From: Octopus sinensis
Taxonomy: Eukaryota
Reading direction: 5' to 3'
DNA: 64,000 bases
Assembly (NCBI RefSeq): GCF_006345805.1
Contig: NC_043003.1
Span: 59,520,001-59,584,000, forward strand
Position numbers and translations under genes: made by a program
Shown here: piece after piece, positions 1 to 12,736 of the stretch
Numbering within the stretch: the stretch's first letter is position 1
Layout: each line of letters opens with the position of its first letter
Notes under the pieces: model-generated
What the model was told of the DNA's origin: nothing
Databases searched by the model: none
Seen by the model: the letters and a program-made list of their open reading frames with translations, nothing else

Positions 1-339
1 TTTCAAAACAGAGAAATAAGTTATAATCCTGTTACAATATTGAAATGTTTGTATTTGTATATGAATTTGTAAACCAATCATACAAATGTCTGACGTAGAA
101 AAATTTTTTAGAAAAATATTTATTTACTTAAAAATATGTAATTTATTTTATCCATACGCAAGGGGGGGGGAGTAAAATTGAAAACATGTAGAGAAAAAAT
201 ATCAGGTAAAAAGAAAGGCGCGAAAATCGTGACTAACATAAACATAGCTCTCAGATATATGTGTTCCTTCTGTATATTATAGAATACTCTTCCGCACGCA
301 CACACACACACACACACATGTATGTATGCATACCTACAT

Positions 340-410
340 ACATATATCTGTATATAAATTATATCTATAATATATTATATATTGTATGTGTATGTATGTA
401 TATATAATAT

Positions 411-441
<31 letters not shown>

Positions 442-551
442 GTATGTATATGTTTATATATATGTATATATAAATATATGTATATATCTATATATATATA
501 TATATATATATACATATATTTATATATACATATATATAAACATATACATAC

Positions 552-601
<50 letters not shown>

Positions 602-636
602 TATATATTATATATATATATATATATACATATATT

Positions 637-700
<64 letters not shown>

Positions 701-767
701 CATATACATATATATCTACATATCTATACGTAGATATAGATTATATCTATAATATATTATATATGTA

Positions 768-827
<60 letters not shown>

Positions 828-890
828 ATATATGCATACATGAGTTAGATAATTAGATTGGTAGATAGATAGATAGATAGATTGATAGAG
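340..890. repeat. Compound (TA)n/(TATG)n/(GATA)n microsatellite
   Basis: Directly visible. ORFs 375-843 are poly-YI artefacts. Confidence 0.97.
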
Positions 891-1796
891 AATTTGATAT
901 GTATAGATATCACGCCCTCATATGTGCACGTGCGTATGTGCGCGTGCCTCTGTATATGTATGAACGTATAGGTATATAAAATGAAGAATTACAACTCAAA
1001 CTTATATGCATATATAAATGACATTCTTTATTTTCATTCTTTTCAATGTCGACTATTCAACGTTATAGACTTTTAACTATAACTTCATACATATATTTAG
1101 GTCAAATATTCTCCACTCGTGTCTTTTTTTGCATGAGTTAGTAATTTTCATTTCCATATTTCCATTCTTCTTTCGTAAACCTTACATGTGCTATATAATT
1201 TTGTTTTCAGAAGAAACAAAATGAATAACAAAATGGATTAATCATTACACAATTCTCATCTGCATTACTTTTTATGACAAATTTTCATGAAATTTCATAA
1301 TTAATTTTATTTAAAAAAATTCACAATGAAACGTGTTATTTGTATAGAGACTAGCTTAATTAAAATATAAATGAAAGGTAATCGAAAGTTCGGCTAATAG
1401 GATTTACCAGAATATCTTCATTAATTAATGTTATAATGGCTTCTCGTATAATAACAGTTGTAATTACTCCTGGAAGATGTACCTAAATTTAAATATGTTA
1501 GTATGAATATCAAACATTTGCATATATGGCTGTCGATCTGTTATACCAATGAAACAACCTCGAGGCCTAATCGGTTTTTCTTGCCTTAAAATCTTGGAGC
1601 CAGCAAATTGGAGATAATTTCACCAAATCAAGAAGTTATCATATATGTTCTTTTATATAATTTTCTTCATCATTATTTTTCAAATACATGCCACTAGCTA
1701 CTCAGTGTGTCTTTTATGCAAATTACCTTGGTCATAAATCTTTCCCTTCTGTTTTAGTATACCTAAGTGTCTTGTCTACTGAAGATAGGGAGGGCA

Positions 1797-1847
1797 ACTG
1801 CTCTACTGAAGATGCTTATTGAGGCAGAAACACGTGTTCTTAGCAGT
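1797..1847 (+). ncRNA. Degenerate minimal type I hammerhead-like motif (Penelope-like remnant)
   Basis: CTGAAGA (1806-1812), stem II TGC..GCA, GAAAC, palindromic ACACGTGT, then GTT. Distal stem I actgct/agcagt pairs, but the 3 bp next to the core are mismatched. Confidence 0.55.
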
Positions 1848-3477
1848 CCATTGCATAGAATGAATGAGGCTGTTTTTCTTAACAGGATGTCAGTTTTGGA
1901 AAATACTTGATTCTTGAGATTATTTTCCCTTCGCATTCGAAGTTTGTAACAAGCGAATGACCCACACTCTCTCGAAACGAAGATAATTTCAATAAATGAA
2001 GAATTCATTATGTGTTTAATATACCCTCATTCCTCTCCATTCTTCAAATGCATGCCACGGGTCAGTCTGAGTTACTTCGCATAGCTTATTTTCGTTTCAT
2101 TTATGCAAATAAAAGCAAACGTTACCATAGACACCGATTCAAAGGGGAGAAAAGCAAAAAGAAAAAAAAAAGAAAGAAAAAGAGAAAAATATCGAACACA
2201 AATCATAAAAGTAAAAATTGCTGAATTGCGAACAATTGTACAATGAGAAAATGACATTTTAGGCAAAAATCCATAATAAAGAGCACATAGAAAGAAGTGA
2301 AGCTGACGGCTAGTAGATGTATAAAATTATCTTATTATGTCTGGTTTCGCTTTATCAATTATTAGTGTTTATTACGTTAGAAAAAGACTATTTTGCTAGT
2401 GTAACAATGGCAAATTGTTATTGATTTCTCAATAAATATTGCTATGGTTGTAACACTTTATCATCTGATCTCAGTTCTAGAAAAGTTTTCTACATCCTTT
2501 ACCCATATCAAAGGCAGAATACCCAACTCAGAGTTATTCTTCTACTTCCACTTGAAGCTGTCGCATCTGAGATGTGTTACACAACATCGCGCCAGGAATT
2601 CTGTCTCCTTGCCCTTTCTGCCAATAAAATCAACGTATATAAAGTGATGTTCATCATGTATCGGGATACGGAATTTTCCTACATGTAACATCTGATACGG
2701 TCTACTGTTTAGCAAGAGAACAGTAGCTAGGAAATCTTATTCTGTGTTGAGAAACTAAATTTGATTTGAGTAAAATATTTCTATCAATATCATTTTAGTC
2801 TTGTACGTACATCTATTCAGGTAGCACTATTTTAGCTTCATATTTCTCTGTGGTTACATATCTGAAACTCAAACTTTCTAGCCAGAAAACTCCTTTATGT
2901 ATACGAGAAGATATCAGAGTTAGATAAATATGTAAAGTGCGAAATAGATTTATGAGTATACCAGCCAAATAACGGGTGTACATGGAGATATTTTTCAACC
3001 GTATGAAATATCACAGATAATGTTACAAATTAGATAGAACTAAAATTATTAGAGGATCATAGCATACAATTTAATTTGATTTTCTGTTTTGTTAGTCCAA
3101 GACACAAAAAGCTTTAAAATTTTATACGAACATTTGTGAAGAAATATCATTTGCCTTCAGTCATACAGTCAGTACATAATCCGGATTCTTATGTTACCTT
3201 TTCTTGAAAAGGGCATATATGTCCTCGTATGAGTGAGTGTGTAAAGTATGAATGTTTCTGTGTGCATATGTGCTCTCTCGGCTGAGTGTATGTGTGTCCA
3301 TGTGCATGTGTTGTTGAATAAACTGTCAGGTGAGAAGAAAAATGCCTGCCAAGATGAATTTTATAGTATATTTGAATTTACATTCTGCATTGAAAACTCA
3401 GTCTATAACTTGATCTGCTTTTAAAAGTAATTCTTTTAGAATTAAGTAACACATATGTCCATAATTAGTTTTGATCA

Positions 3478-3707
3478 GCGGCAAGCTAGCAGAGTCGTTA
3501 GCACGCCGAATGAAATGCTTAGTGGTATTTCGTCTGCCCTTACGTTCTGAGATCAAATTCCGCCGAGGTCGACTTTGCCTTTCATCCTTTCGGGGTCGAT
3601 AAATTAAGTACCAGTTACGCACTGGGGTCGATATAATCGTCTTAATTCATTTGTCTGTCCTTGTTTGTCCTCTCTGTGTTTAGCCCCTTGTGGTAGTAAA
3701 GAAATAG
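3478..3707 (+). mobile_element. tRNA-derived SINE family B with a Tx1-like 3' tail
   Basis: Head gcggcaagctagcagagtcgttagc, ttctgagatcaaattcc B-box-like region, central gtcgactttgcctttcatcctttcggggtcgataaa. Homologous to copies at 3708, 6208 and 39250. Confidence 0.85.
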
Positions 3708-3877
3708 GTATTTCATCTGTCTGCATGTTCTGAGTTCAAATGCCGCGGGATCGACTTTGCCTTTCATCCTTTCGGGGTCGATAAAGTAAGAACCAGTTAC
3801 GCACTGGGGTCGATTTAATCGACTATCCTCCCCTCCCCCAAACTTCAGGACTTGTACCTATAGTAAAAACGATTATT
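3708..3877 (+). mobile_element. SINE family B, 5'-truncated, alternative 3' end
   Basis: Repeats the central block of 3478-3640 and ends cccaaacttcaggacttgtacctatagtaaaaacgattatt, like the 6208 copy. Confidence 0.85.
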
Positions 3878-3927
3878 TTTGATCGGGAATTCTTATTTGT
3901 TATGTATATGCATAAAGGAAAAAGCAT

Positions 3928-3973
3928 CAGGAGTCGGTTACCGAGACTCTTGAATTTCAGTAACCGGCTCCTG
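3928..3973. repeat. 14-bp inverted repeat (hairpin) with 18-nt loop
   Basis: caggagtcggttac (3928-3941) versus gtaaccggctcctg (3960-3973), one mismatch. Confidence 0.8.
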
Positions 3974-4182
3974 AAAAGTTTTACTTTGGAAGGATTTGAT
4001 CTAACAAGGCAAATAACAGAGATAGTCCCCACAAGAAGCCCTACCCGATTTTCTAGAGTCTAAAAAATCACGTGACAACGATATATATGAAAAATTCTTC
4101 CTGTGATAATATTTTGAAAGCAGTTACATTAGGTACAATAGATAAATGCAAAATATTGACCAGCTGCTCTTGCATTATGGAT

Positions 4183-4258
4183 TCAAGCATAATAGGTGAA
4201 CCTATAACATTGGCTGCGTTCTGTGGAGTCAAGCATAATAGGTGAGCCTATAACATTG
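4183..4258. repeat. 30-bp direct duplication, 46-bp period
   Basis: tcaagcataataggtgaRcctataacattg occurs twice. Confidence 0.9.
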
Positions 4259-4284
4259 ACACAAGGCTGCATAAAATATGAGGA

Positions 4285-4395
4285 GAGAGCAGTCGATTAA
4301 AATGACTCAAATGATGCGATTGCTACTCTTTATCGATTCCAGAAGAATGCATGGTAAAGTCAGCTACTGCAGTATTGGAACTCAGAATACATAAA
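4285..4395 (-). mobile_element. Degenerate SINE family B fragment
   Basis: Reverse complement resembles the family B central block (tttatcgattccagaagaatgcatggtaaagtcagc...ttggaactcagaa). Confidence 0.5.
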
Positions 4396-5872
4396 GGCAT
4401 AAATAAATTATACACCATAGGCTGTACTAATTAACTACTGTCTACGTATTACCAAACAGCAATGACAATTTGGTCTATGTTGAAATACTCCTCTGAAAAT
4501 GACGTACCTCACTATACCTCATATGCAAGCTGTTATGATTATGTATCAGCATGTTATGACGATTTCTTATATCTTCAGCTATGGTTTCAAGGCATTATTT
4601 TCATAAAAAGGTATTACATGCTGTAAATGTCGGGGAATATACGAAAAACAAATATTGATTTTTTTACAATGAGGCAATACGTGAATTTGGGGTTACGTCG
4701 ACCCGAGCTATGTTTAAACCCAACATAAGAAAAGTGGTGGGGAGAAAATTAAGTACTGTATAACACTTAGTCCAGGAATATTATTGTCCTTGACATTCAA
4801 GCGACTTTCATACTAGAAATATTTTTTAAAAGACATAACTGTGTATACGTTGATGGTGGAGAACAGAAACATAATATTTCAAGGAAGATATATTCTTCTC
4901 AGTACACACTCGGATTAACTTTGAAAAGCGTTATTAAAATTAGGCAAGATCTAGAATACAAGGGCATTAGTAGTGGTCTATATCAGAAATAAAGGTAATA
5001 TAATGAAACTTCGCAGAATTTAAAGTTCATTTGTTACGAAGTGTGAAATATTTCGATGTTTCAGACGTTAGCTTTACTTTATAACAAATATTTTAAATAA
5101 ATAAATGATAATAAAAAATAGGGACTAAATCATGATTTCAGAGAGGCGAATGGAAAAATATAGTAGTTGATAGAAAAATGTGAAATGCTAGGTGTGTAGA
5201 TAGGGTGTGCAGTGGGGGAAATTGGTTATTTGGGAAGAAGCAAAGTATACGGTAGAGAATGTTAAAATTTCTAGCAAGGACAACGATACCAGAAACAAGA
5301 GGATATGATGGTGAGGACCAGTTTGAGAGAATAAAATAGAAAGTGATACGACACGGCAAGCTTGGCGATGGAAAATAAAAAATAACACAGATGCACATGT
5401 ACAGTTAGAAGAGGAATGGGGAGAAGTAGTCGGAGGACAAATTATGTGTGTAAGGAACATAAATAACAATCTTTGAAGAGAACAAATTATTGCTAAGAAA
5501 AATTGCTTATATTGGTGTGACTATGTTATTTAGTTCCATTTCAGGCGTGGTGCGCAGATATATGATCAAATGATTCTTAATCATAATCATCCAGGTTTGA
5601 CCGATTATTCTAACGTGAACTACATTATCTTACATGACATTCCTTATTTTATACAGAATTAAAAGATGTGATAGAAATTTGACAACAAACATTTATTGGG
5701 CGAAAGACCATATAGGTGTTCCCTCATTGATTTGTTAAAATGGTGGCTTTTACCGAGGCCCATAACGATGAAAACGTGAAAACGTTTGCAGAAGTCTTGA
5801 AATACTAAAAAAGTACAACCTACCGAGATCACACGTTCTTAGGTTAATAATTATTAATGTCTGCATTCTTTA

Positions 5873-6179
5873 TTGCTATTGCCCTAGCGGTTAGAGCAGC
5901 GGACTCGTGGTTGAGGGATCGCGGGTTCGAATCTTACATCGAGCAATGTGTGTGTTTATGAACGAAAATCCTAACCTCCACGCGGCTCTGGCAGAAGGTA
6001 ATGGCCAGCTTCAGCTGCCTCTTTCGCCACAACTTTCTCTCACCCTTTCTCTCACATCTAGCAGCTCACCTACGACGGACCGGGGTCCCGTCCAGGTGGG
6101 GAACCTATACGCCAATGAAACAGGGAAACCGGACCTTATAAGCCGGGCATGGCTCGAGAAGCAACAAACAACAACAACA
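5873..6179 (+). mobile_element. tRNA-derived SINE family D with (AAC)n tail
   Basis: A-box-like ccctagcggttag, B-box gggttcgaatc, 3' module gacggaccggggtcccgtccagg...ggctcgag, then caacaaacaacaac. Confidence 0.75.
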
Positions 6180-6207
6180 CTGTCGTTGTTACTAGCTTTG
6201 TTGATAA

Positions 6208-6427
6208 GGTGGTGAGCTGGCAAAAACGTTTCTGCCACACGGACGAAATGCTGAGCAGTATTTCGTCCGTCTTTACGTTCTGAGTTCAAAATCCGCCGAG
6301 GTCGACTTTGCTTTTAATCCTTTCGGGGTCGATAAATTAGGTACCAGTGACACTCTGGATTCGATGTAATCGACTAGCCCCCTCCCACCAAATTTCAGGC
6401 TTTGTACCTTTAGTAGAAAAGATAATT
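6208..6427 (+). mobile_element. SINE family B, near full length
   Basis: ggtgagctggcaaaaacgtt...ttctgagttcaaaatccgccgaggtcgactttgc...ggggtcgataaattag; colinear with the 3478 and 3708 copies. Confidence 0.85.
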
Positions 6428-6572
6428 TGTTTTGTTGGTGCCATCGTTGTTACGCTGTTGCTACCGTTGTTCTGTTTCTCTACATTGCTGTTTAACCCCG
6501 GGAAAACACTGATCATGTCGAACCATGAGGACATGGTACCACCCATGATCATTTGTTCTAAACTTGTGCTAT

Positions 6573-7011
6573 AGGCTCAGGCTTGACTGTGTAGTAAGAA
6601 GCTTGCACCCCAACCACTTGGTTGCGAGTTCAGTCCCAGTGCGTGACTCCTTGTGCAAGCTCTCTTCTACTATAGCCTCCAACCGACCAAAGTCCTGTGA
6701 GTAGATTTGGTAGACGGAAACTGGAAGAAGCCCGTCGTGTGTGTGCGTATATATATATATATATTTATACATATATGTTTGTGTGTGTGTATCTGTGTTT
6801 GTCTCCCACCGTCATCGCTTCACAACTGATGCTGGTATGTTTATGTTCTCGTAACCTATCGGCTCGGCTAAAGAGCCCGATAAAATAAGTATTACACTTA
6901 CAAAGAATAAGCCCTGGAGTCGATTGCTTCGACTACAATCCTTTAAGTCAGTGCTCCAGATGGCCACAGTCAAATGACTCAAACTAGCAAAAGAATAAAA
7001 GAATAGAAGAA
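6573..7011 (+). mobile_element. tRNA-derived SINE family A (CORE-like; probably an Octopus OR-type SINE), full length
   Basis: tRNA-like head, gactccttgtgcaagctctc (CORE-like ccttgggcaag in better copies), internal (TA/TG)n tract, 3' gtgctccagatggccacagtcaaatgactcaaac. More than 12 homologous copies or fragments in the window. The family name is inferred, not searched. Confidence 0.85.
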
Positions 7012-7244
7012 TATGTCTAAAGCTGCATAATCCAATGTTCATATTCTATTTCTTCGTTTAAGAAATAGTTTCCGCAGCAACGGAAACTACGAAGCGGTGA
7101 AACAACAGGTGTTCTAACTGCGTACGTACGCCTGGGTACATCCCCATATATTTGAAAAATGCCTTAAGCTCAATTCAGACAACCAAGTGAAGCTGCTCCC
7201 TGTAATACCTCGGCTCCTTTTCAGCAACAAAGTTTTTCCAACCA

Positions 7245-7267
7245 CCGCTGTATATATACATGTATAA

Positions 7268-7362
<95 letters not shown>

Positions 7363-7425
7363 ATACCTGTGAATATATATATGTGTGTGTGTATGTGTAT
7401 ACATATTTATATATATTTATATGTA
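7245..7425. repeat. (TA)n/(TG)n microsatellite
   Basis: Directly visible. Confidence 0.95.
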
Positions 7426-7962
7426 TATATTAAAGTTACAGGGATCGACTCCCTGTAGCCGCCTGCCGGCAACTTTTTCCGCCTTCTAGGGGTATTTACT
7501 CAATTTCCGAGGCTGTTTTCACACCTCTCCTGCGTTCAAAATTTACTTTATTTCCTGCAACTACATTAACGTAGCCAAAGACATTAAAGTCGCCATAATC
7601 AATACTCGAACGGTGATTTTCTAACGGACGTTTTTCCTAGTTACAAAATCAGTGATTGTATGACAGTTTTCTATATATTGCAAGCGAGGTAAACTATTGC
7701 TACGCCGTACAACGTTTACCCACCGCCGAGGAGATCCACTACAGGCCGAAACCACATTGTTTGGTGGTCTTGATACTTAGGTGACAGGAGTTATCTCCCA
7801 CTTGCTATAAATATCGGGTGCGAGAAGCAAACTGGATAAATCAGCTGTAGATATTTTCCTGGGGTTAAATGGCAGTATAATCGTCTCTTAGAGCACAGCC
7901 ACATTAAAGTGGTCATAAGCAACACTTACTCACATACATACACATACACACACGCACGCACG

Positions 7963-8007
<45 letters not shown>

Positions 8008-8509
8008 ATGTTTTGTATACATGTGTGCCTGTGTGCTTGTTCATATATTGTGTGCATGTTGCTGCCAGGGAACCACCATTGGCTTGTTGACGTCGCAAAA
8101 GAGCTCGTCAGACTAAGCAACATCAGACATCAAGGGGGTATTCTTGCAGAACCCCAATCCAATGACACAAACTAGTAAAGAGCTAAAAAACACAGAATTC
8201 CTGCATGCACTAAACCCCCTCGGTCTCACAATCTTCGTCGAGTGATTCGCTAAGGAAACTCATTATGACGGGAATATGACCGTCCATTTCTCTTTATGAG
8301 TTTAAAACAAAACCCGATCTAATATCCATAGCCCATATTGTAGAAATAAATGAGACAACACCGATAGGTAACGATCAAAATATCAATTCATTTTGTGTTG
8401 TTAATGAATTTTCAACTGGATTACAGCGATTGTGTTTTTAGAAGTTACTTATATCATCGGGCTGATTAAAGTTGTTCAACTCATAATATAAATGTGTAAG
8501 GATACACCA

Positions 8510-9869
8510 CTGTGTTCCGTGTGGTTGAACTAAAATTTCCCAATGTGGGTTGCTTCCAGAAATGATATGCTGCTAAGAATCCTAGGTGGATTCGCAGCTC
8601 AAATTTAACCTTGCTTCACTCATGAACGAAAATATGTTCCAACAATACATAGCAAATAATATATTGGATCTCTGCTTCACAAACAATATGGATATCAACC
8701 ATAATGTGAACGTGACACTGACATCAGGCCTGGATCACAATATAAAGAGCTGATTATGTATGGACCAAAAGATTCTTCAGACACTCAGACTATAAGAAGC
8801 AACCGAAATCTCTCCAGTTTGAACTTCTGTAAAGCAAACTTGAAAATGATTCAGAAGAGAGATCCTCAAACATGTTTCGTCTCAATGTCTCTCCACATTA
8901 GACATTGACATGAATCTTCAAGATTTCATGACCATGATGTAATCCATAAGCGACAAATCTATCTCAGAGCAAGGCCAACCAGAACGAGATCCCCAAGGAG
9001 AGGAAAACTCCTATGAAAAATTGGAAATATCCTGACAGTTAGTAAAATGTCCTGTCTGAAAAAATATGACGGAGATTCAGAAAAGTCTGCAACTATGCCA
9101 TGAAAGAACGAAAGCAGTGATAACCGATTAGATCAGTATCAAATATGTAATATTGGTTATAGATGAGATAGGCCTGATGGATTCCTAGCAATCATTGTCA
9201 AATTATCAAAACTATCACTTGCAAAAGCATTGCAGCCTCTTTTCAGGGCTAACTTGGAAGTGGTAAAATTTCAGGCAAATTGAGGAAGGGAATAATGTGC
9301 CCCTATCCATAAAGGAGGTAGCAGAGCAGATGCTAAAAATTATAGGCATATCTCTCTGACCACGCACATCAGCAAAGTCATGTAACGAATAGGCCGAAGG
9401 AAACTAGCTGTGCTCTTTTAAGAGAATGATTTGCTGACTGACGTCCAGCATAGTTTTCGTCCAGATAGATCTACCTGACACAACGCTTACAACTCTACGA
9501 TTAAGTATTAAAGAAGCTGCTCAAGAACTCACATGTGGACGTGATATATCTCAACTTTGCAAAAGTATGGTAAGTCACTAGCGAACTAACCTAGGCCGAG
9601 TTGGAAAATTGGAGAGTAGCTTCACATTTTAAAATAAAATAAGTCGGGAGGTGGTGGCCAGTGAAGCCACCTCAAATAAAATACAAATAGTGAATAGTGT
9701 TCCATGTGACACTGTCTTCGGGCCGCTGTTTTTCATAGTGGCCTTCTCAGACATGTTTTCAGCTGCTCAAATAAGTACTCTTTCTAGCCTCGGAGACGAT
9801 ATAAAAGTCTCTCAGAAGACACAAAACCCTGAAGATGTCGTGCACCTGCAACAAGAGTCAAGCGATATA
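8510..9869 (+). mobile_element. Decayed CR1-group LINE, ORF2 endonuclease end plus RT (left part)
   Basis: NILDLCFTNN..DHN (APE C-terminus), GPDG, CPIHKGGSRADAKNYRHISLT, VQHSFR and DVIYLNFAK. ORF 9651-9926 has NSVPCDTVFGPLFF and SSLGDDIK (degenerate SGVPQG and FADD). Many stops and frameshifts. Confidence 0.85.
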
Positions 9870-9871
9870 TA

Positions 9872-10710
9872 CGATGGGGTGCCTAAAAGAATTTTGGAAT
9901 TTTGCAATATTATTTTATTCACTTAAATTTTGCATGTTTACACATTTATCGGCTTCAAAATATTCTCCATCTGAAGTAATGCATCGGTCCAGACGTGTTT
10001 TCCGCTGGCTTTCCAACTGTTCGAATCAGTGCAGGAACTCTTGCGAAGTGATGCTTTCTAATGCCTCCATCGTATTTTTCTTCATCTCTTCCATATCTGC
10101 AAAGTCCATAGCACCAGCTTTCGTCTCCAGTGATGACCTTCGGAAAACGGTTCGGATCAACTTCCAAATGTTCTTTCAGTTCACGACACGCATTCAGTCG
10201 TGACTGCTTTTGATCTTCTGCGAATAAGTGAAGTACACATTTTGCTGCAACACATTTCATTGCAATTCCTCGTACGAGAACTTCGTCAATTTTTCGGTGA
10301 CGGTCCTCCAAGATCAGTTCATGAATTTTCATTATGTTTTCATTCGTTCGGGAAGTCGACAGTCACCCTGAACGAGGTTAGTCGTAAAGTGACATGTGAT
10401 CATTCCCCAAACGTGAAGACAACTCGTATACTTGTGTTTTCTCATGGCAGCAGCCTTGTACGCTGTTTCAAGCATGAGAACCGTTTCGACCGCCGTTTTC
10501 TCCAGGAGAAAACAGAATTTAACGGGAGTACGCTGTTCCTTTGCTTCCGCACTGCAAAATAAAGACACAGCACGTGACAGTATGATCCGGAAGGACAATA
10601 CCGCTCATCAAACTAATGCCTGAGGATCGCATCAGGTGCCTCATAGCGGTGGAATCTCGAACGAGTTTATTCAAACAAGAGCGTTACCGTTACTTTTTGG
10701 GTGCCCCTCG
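9872..10710 (-). mobile_element. Internally deleted mariner transposon
   Basis: TA at 9870-9871 and 10711-10712, imperfect TIRs (cgatggggtgcctaaaaga versus revcomp cgaggggcacccaaaaagt). Transposase remnants EQRTPVKFCFLLEKTAVETVLMLETAY and VITGDESWCYG; the rest of the catalytic domain is missing. Confidence 0.9.
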
Positions 10711-10712
10711 TA

Positions 10713-11370
10713 CAAGTTGTATGAGGAAAAATAACATGTAGTTTAATGCCGGAAGATTGCAAGCCCTGCGCTACCAGTACATGAAGTTGAATGAAATACA
10801 AATAGGTTACAGTGGCCCAGGAGGGATTGCAATTCCTGAACCAAAATCAATGCGGAACCTGGAAATTGACATGAGTAACGATGCATTGTTCTAGAGTCAT
10901 ATTAGCTAGTTCGGAATAAAATGCAGACGGTTGGATGGATGGATCCTTCGATTTTTCAGAACTAAGGAACAGAAAACAATGATGGGGTTCTGGAGGATAC
11001 ATGTCACTTAGAATACTGTCCTCCAGATATGGTCGCCATAGTTGTAAGTTTAAGAACGGGACTGAAAGCAACCAAGCGATGTTATAGAAAGAAGGTCATC
11101 ACAAAACTACATGTCATCTACTGGGAAAAACTAAAAAAGTTTAAAATATACATGGTAAAAAGGCGGGAAATGTAAGCATCGGCATTCATCTTGAAAATCC
11201 TGGAAGGACCTGTACCAAACACAGGCATTGAAAATTGTAGAAACAACAGAATGGGGAGCCAGTGCATAGTGCCAAAGATGCAAATTTCAACATCAATATA
11301 TATAAAGAAATACTGCAATAGCTTATATTTCAAGGGCCACTGGTCTTCAATATCCCACTAAAATCTGGTA
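10713..11370 (+). mobile_element. CR1-group LINE, right part continuing after the mariner
   Basis: Resumes at DIY|KLYEE (expected DIYKWAEENNM.FN), then WILR..RT and YCNSLYFKGP..FNI. Related to the 45771 LINE. Confidence 0.8.
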
Positions 11371-11534
11371 CACGAGGGTAAGGGCAATAGGAAACTCCTC
11401 ATTTACAAAATGACTGATACCGGAGGACACATACCAGAGGAAGTTTCAAATCGAAAAAGAGTAGCAAAGTCAGCGTGAGTGCCCCAGTATGGTGGCAACA
11501 CGCGAGTTGAGTTTAGCTGGAGAATTGAAGGGTA

Positions 11535-12365
11535 CGTTTTGACGTATTTTGTTTTGGTATTAAAGAGAGCTTGACCATTTAAGGTAAAATAATTGTGACG
11601 TAATGTTGCTATGTGTACTGAATTCGATTTTTGTAGTGGCCGGATAGCACGGTGGTTAATTTTGGGATGGATTTTAAAATTGATGCCAACAACATTTGTG
11701 CAATATTGATGGAATATTTTCCACATAACACAAATGATGTAGTGCTCCCAGCGGCGTTGGAGAGAGTAGAGATAGAATTCTTTTAGTTGATCCCAATATT
11801 CAATGCCTCTCATGCCGTCTATATTTCTTGTTATTGACCTCGGGAGTGCTTCTACTTTCACAATGAGTTGCTTCCTATGAGGGGACCACAGTAGACAACA
11901 GTATTCAAGGTGGAGTCCGGCAAAAGTAGAGTAGAGAAGGATGATAATGTAGGCATCTCTAGACCGGAAAGTTCTCAGAATCCAGGAGCACATCTTGCGG
12001 GCCAAGTCAACCTTGCTGTTGTTTACGTGAGAACTGCAGCTTAGATTGTTATCAGCAATTACTCCAAGGTCTCTGGTGTTGGTGGATGACACAAGATAGT
12101 CTCCCAAAGGAAAGCATGTGGTAATTTCAGAGTTACCTCTTTCCCAAAGTGGATCAAATCAAACTTATGTGTTTTTTTCGCCAATTAGACCATAGCAAAT
12201 AGATCTGACTGAAAGCATGTTTCGTCTCTCATGTAGTTTATGGCCTTGTGGAGTTTGGAATCATCTACACAGATTTTCACTGTAGAATATTTCATGACAT
12301 ATACTATATCGTTGATGTAAATGATGAAGAGAATTGGGGCAAACACAGTACCTTGTGGATCACCA
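11535..12365 (-). mobile_element. 5'-truncated CR1/L2-group LINE fragment (RT C-terminal half)
   Basis: ORF 12185-12409 has SGDPQGTVFAPILFIIYIND..VDDSKL. ORF 11403-12107 has RDLGVIADNNL, WILRTFRSRD, HLEYCCLLWSP and LYSLQRR. Confidence 0.9.
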
Positions 12366-12367
12366 CT

Positions 12368-12521
12368 AATATATATATATATATATGGAAGCAGATGCGT
12401 AGCGTTCATTTTCTATATTTTTGTATTTAATGTTCTCGTTTCCCATTTTGCTCACGTTTTTTGGATGTCCTGTACACATATATATGCATGTATATATATA
12501 CATATATATGTAGGTATGTAC

Positions 12522-12554
<33 letters not shown>

Positions 12555-12603
12555 TGTATGTTTATATATTATTTATATCACTATATATATGTATATGAAG
12601 GTC

Positions 12604-12636
<33 letters not shown>

Positions 12637-12691
12637 CACACTCACAAATGCTTATACCTGTGTATGTATGTATATATATATATATATATAA

Positions 12692-12736
<45 letters not shown>

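Noticed and set aside
375-843. Long ORFs such as 382-843, and the many poly-YI/LSIY/MYVC/HT ORFs throughout
   Set aside because: Translations of stop-free microsatellites; no coding signal.
2398-2457. Pre-miRNA-like hairpin
   Set aside because: Very AT-rich, 4-nt loop and several bulges; expected by chance at this composition.
5873-5945. tRNA gene (also 41782 and the family A heads)
   Set aside because: A and B boxes are present, but there is no full cloverleaf and the sequence continues into SINE body; these are SINE heads.
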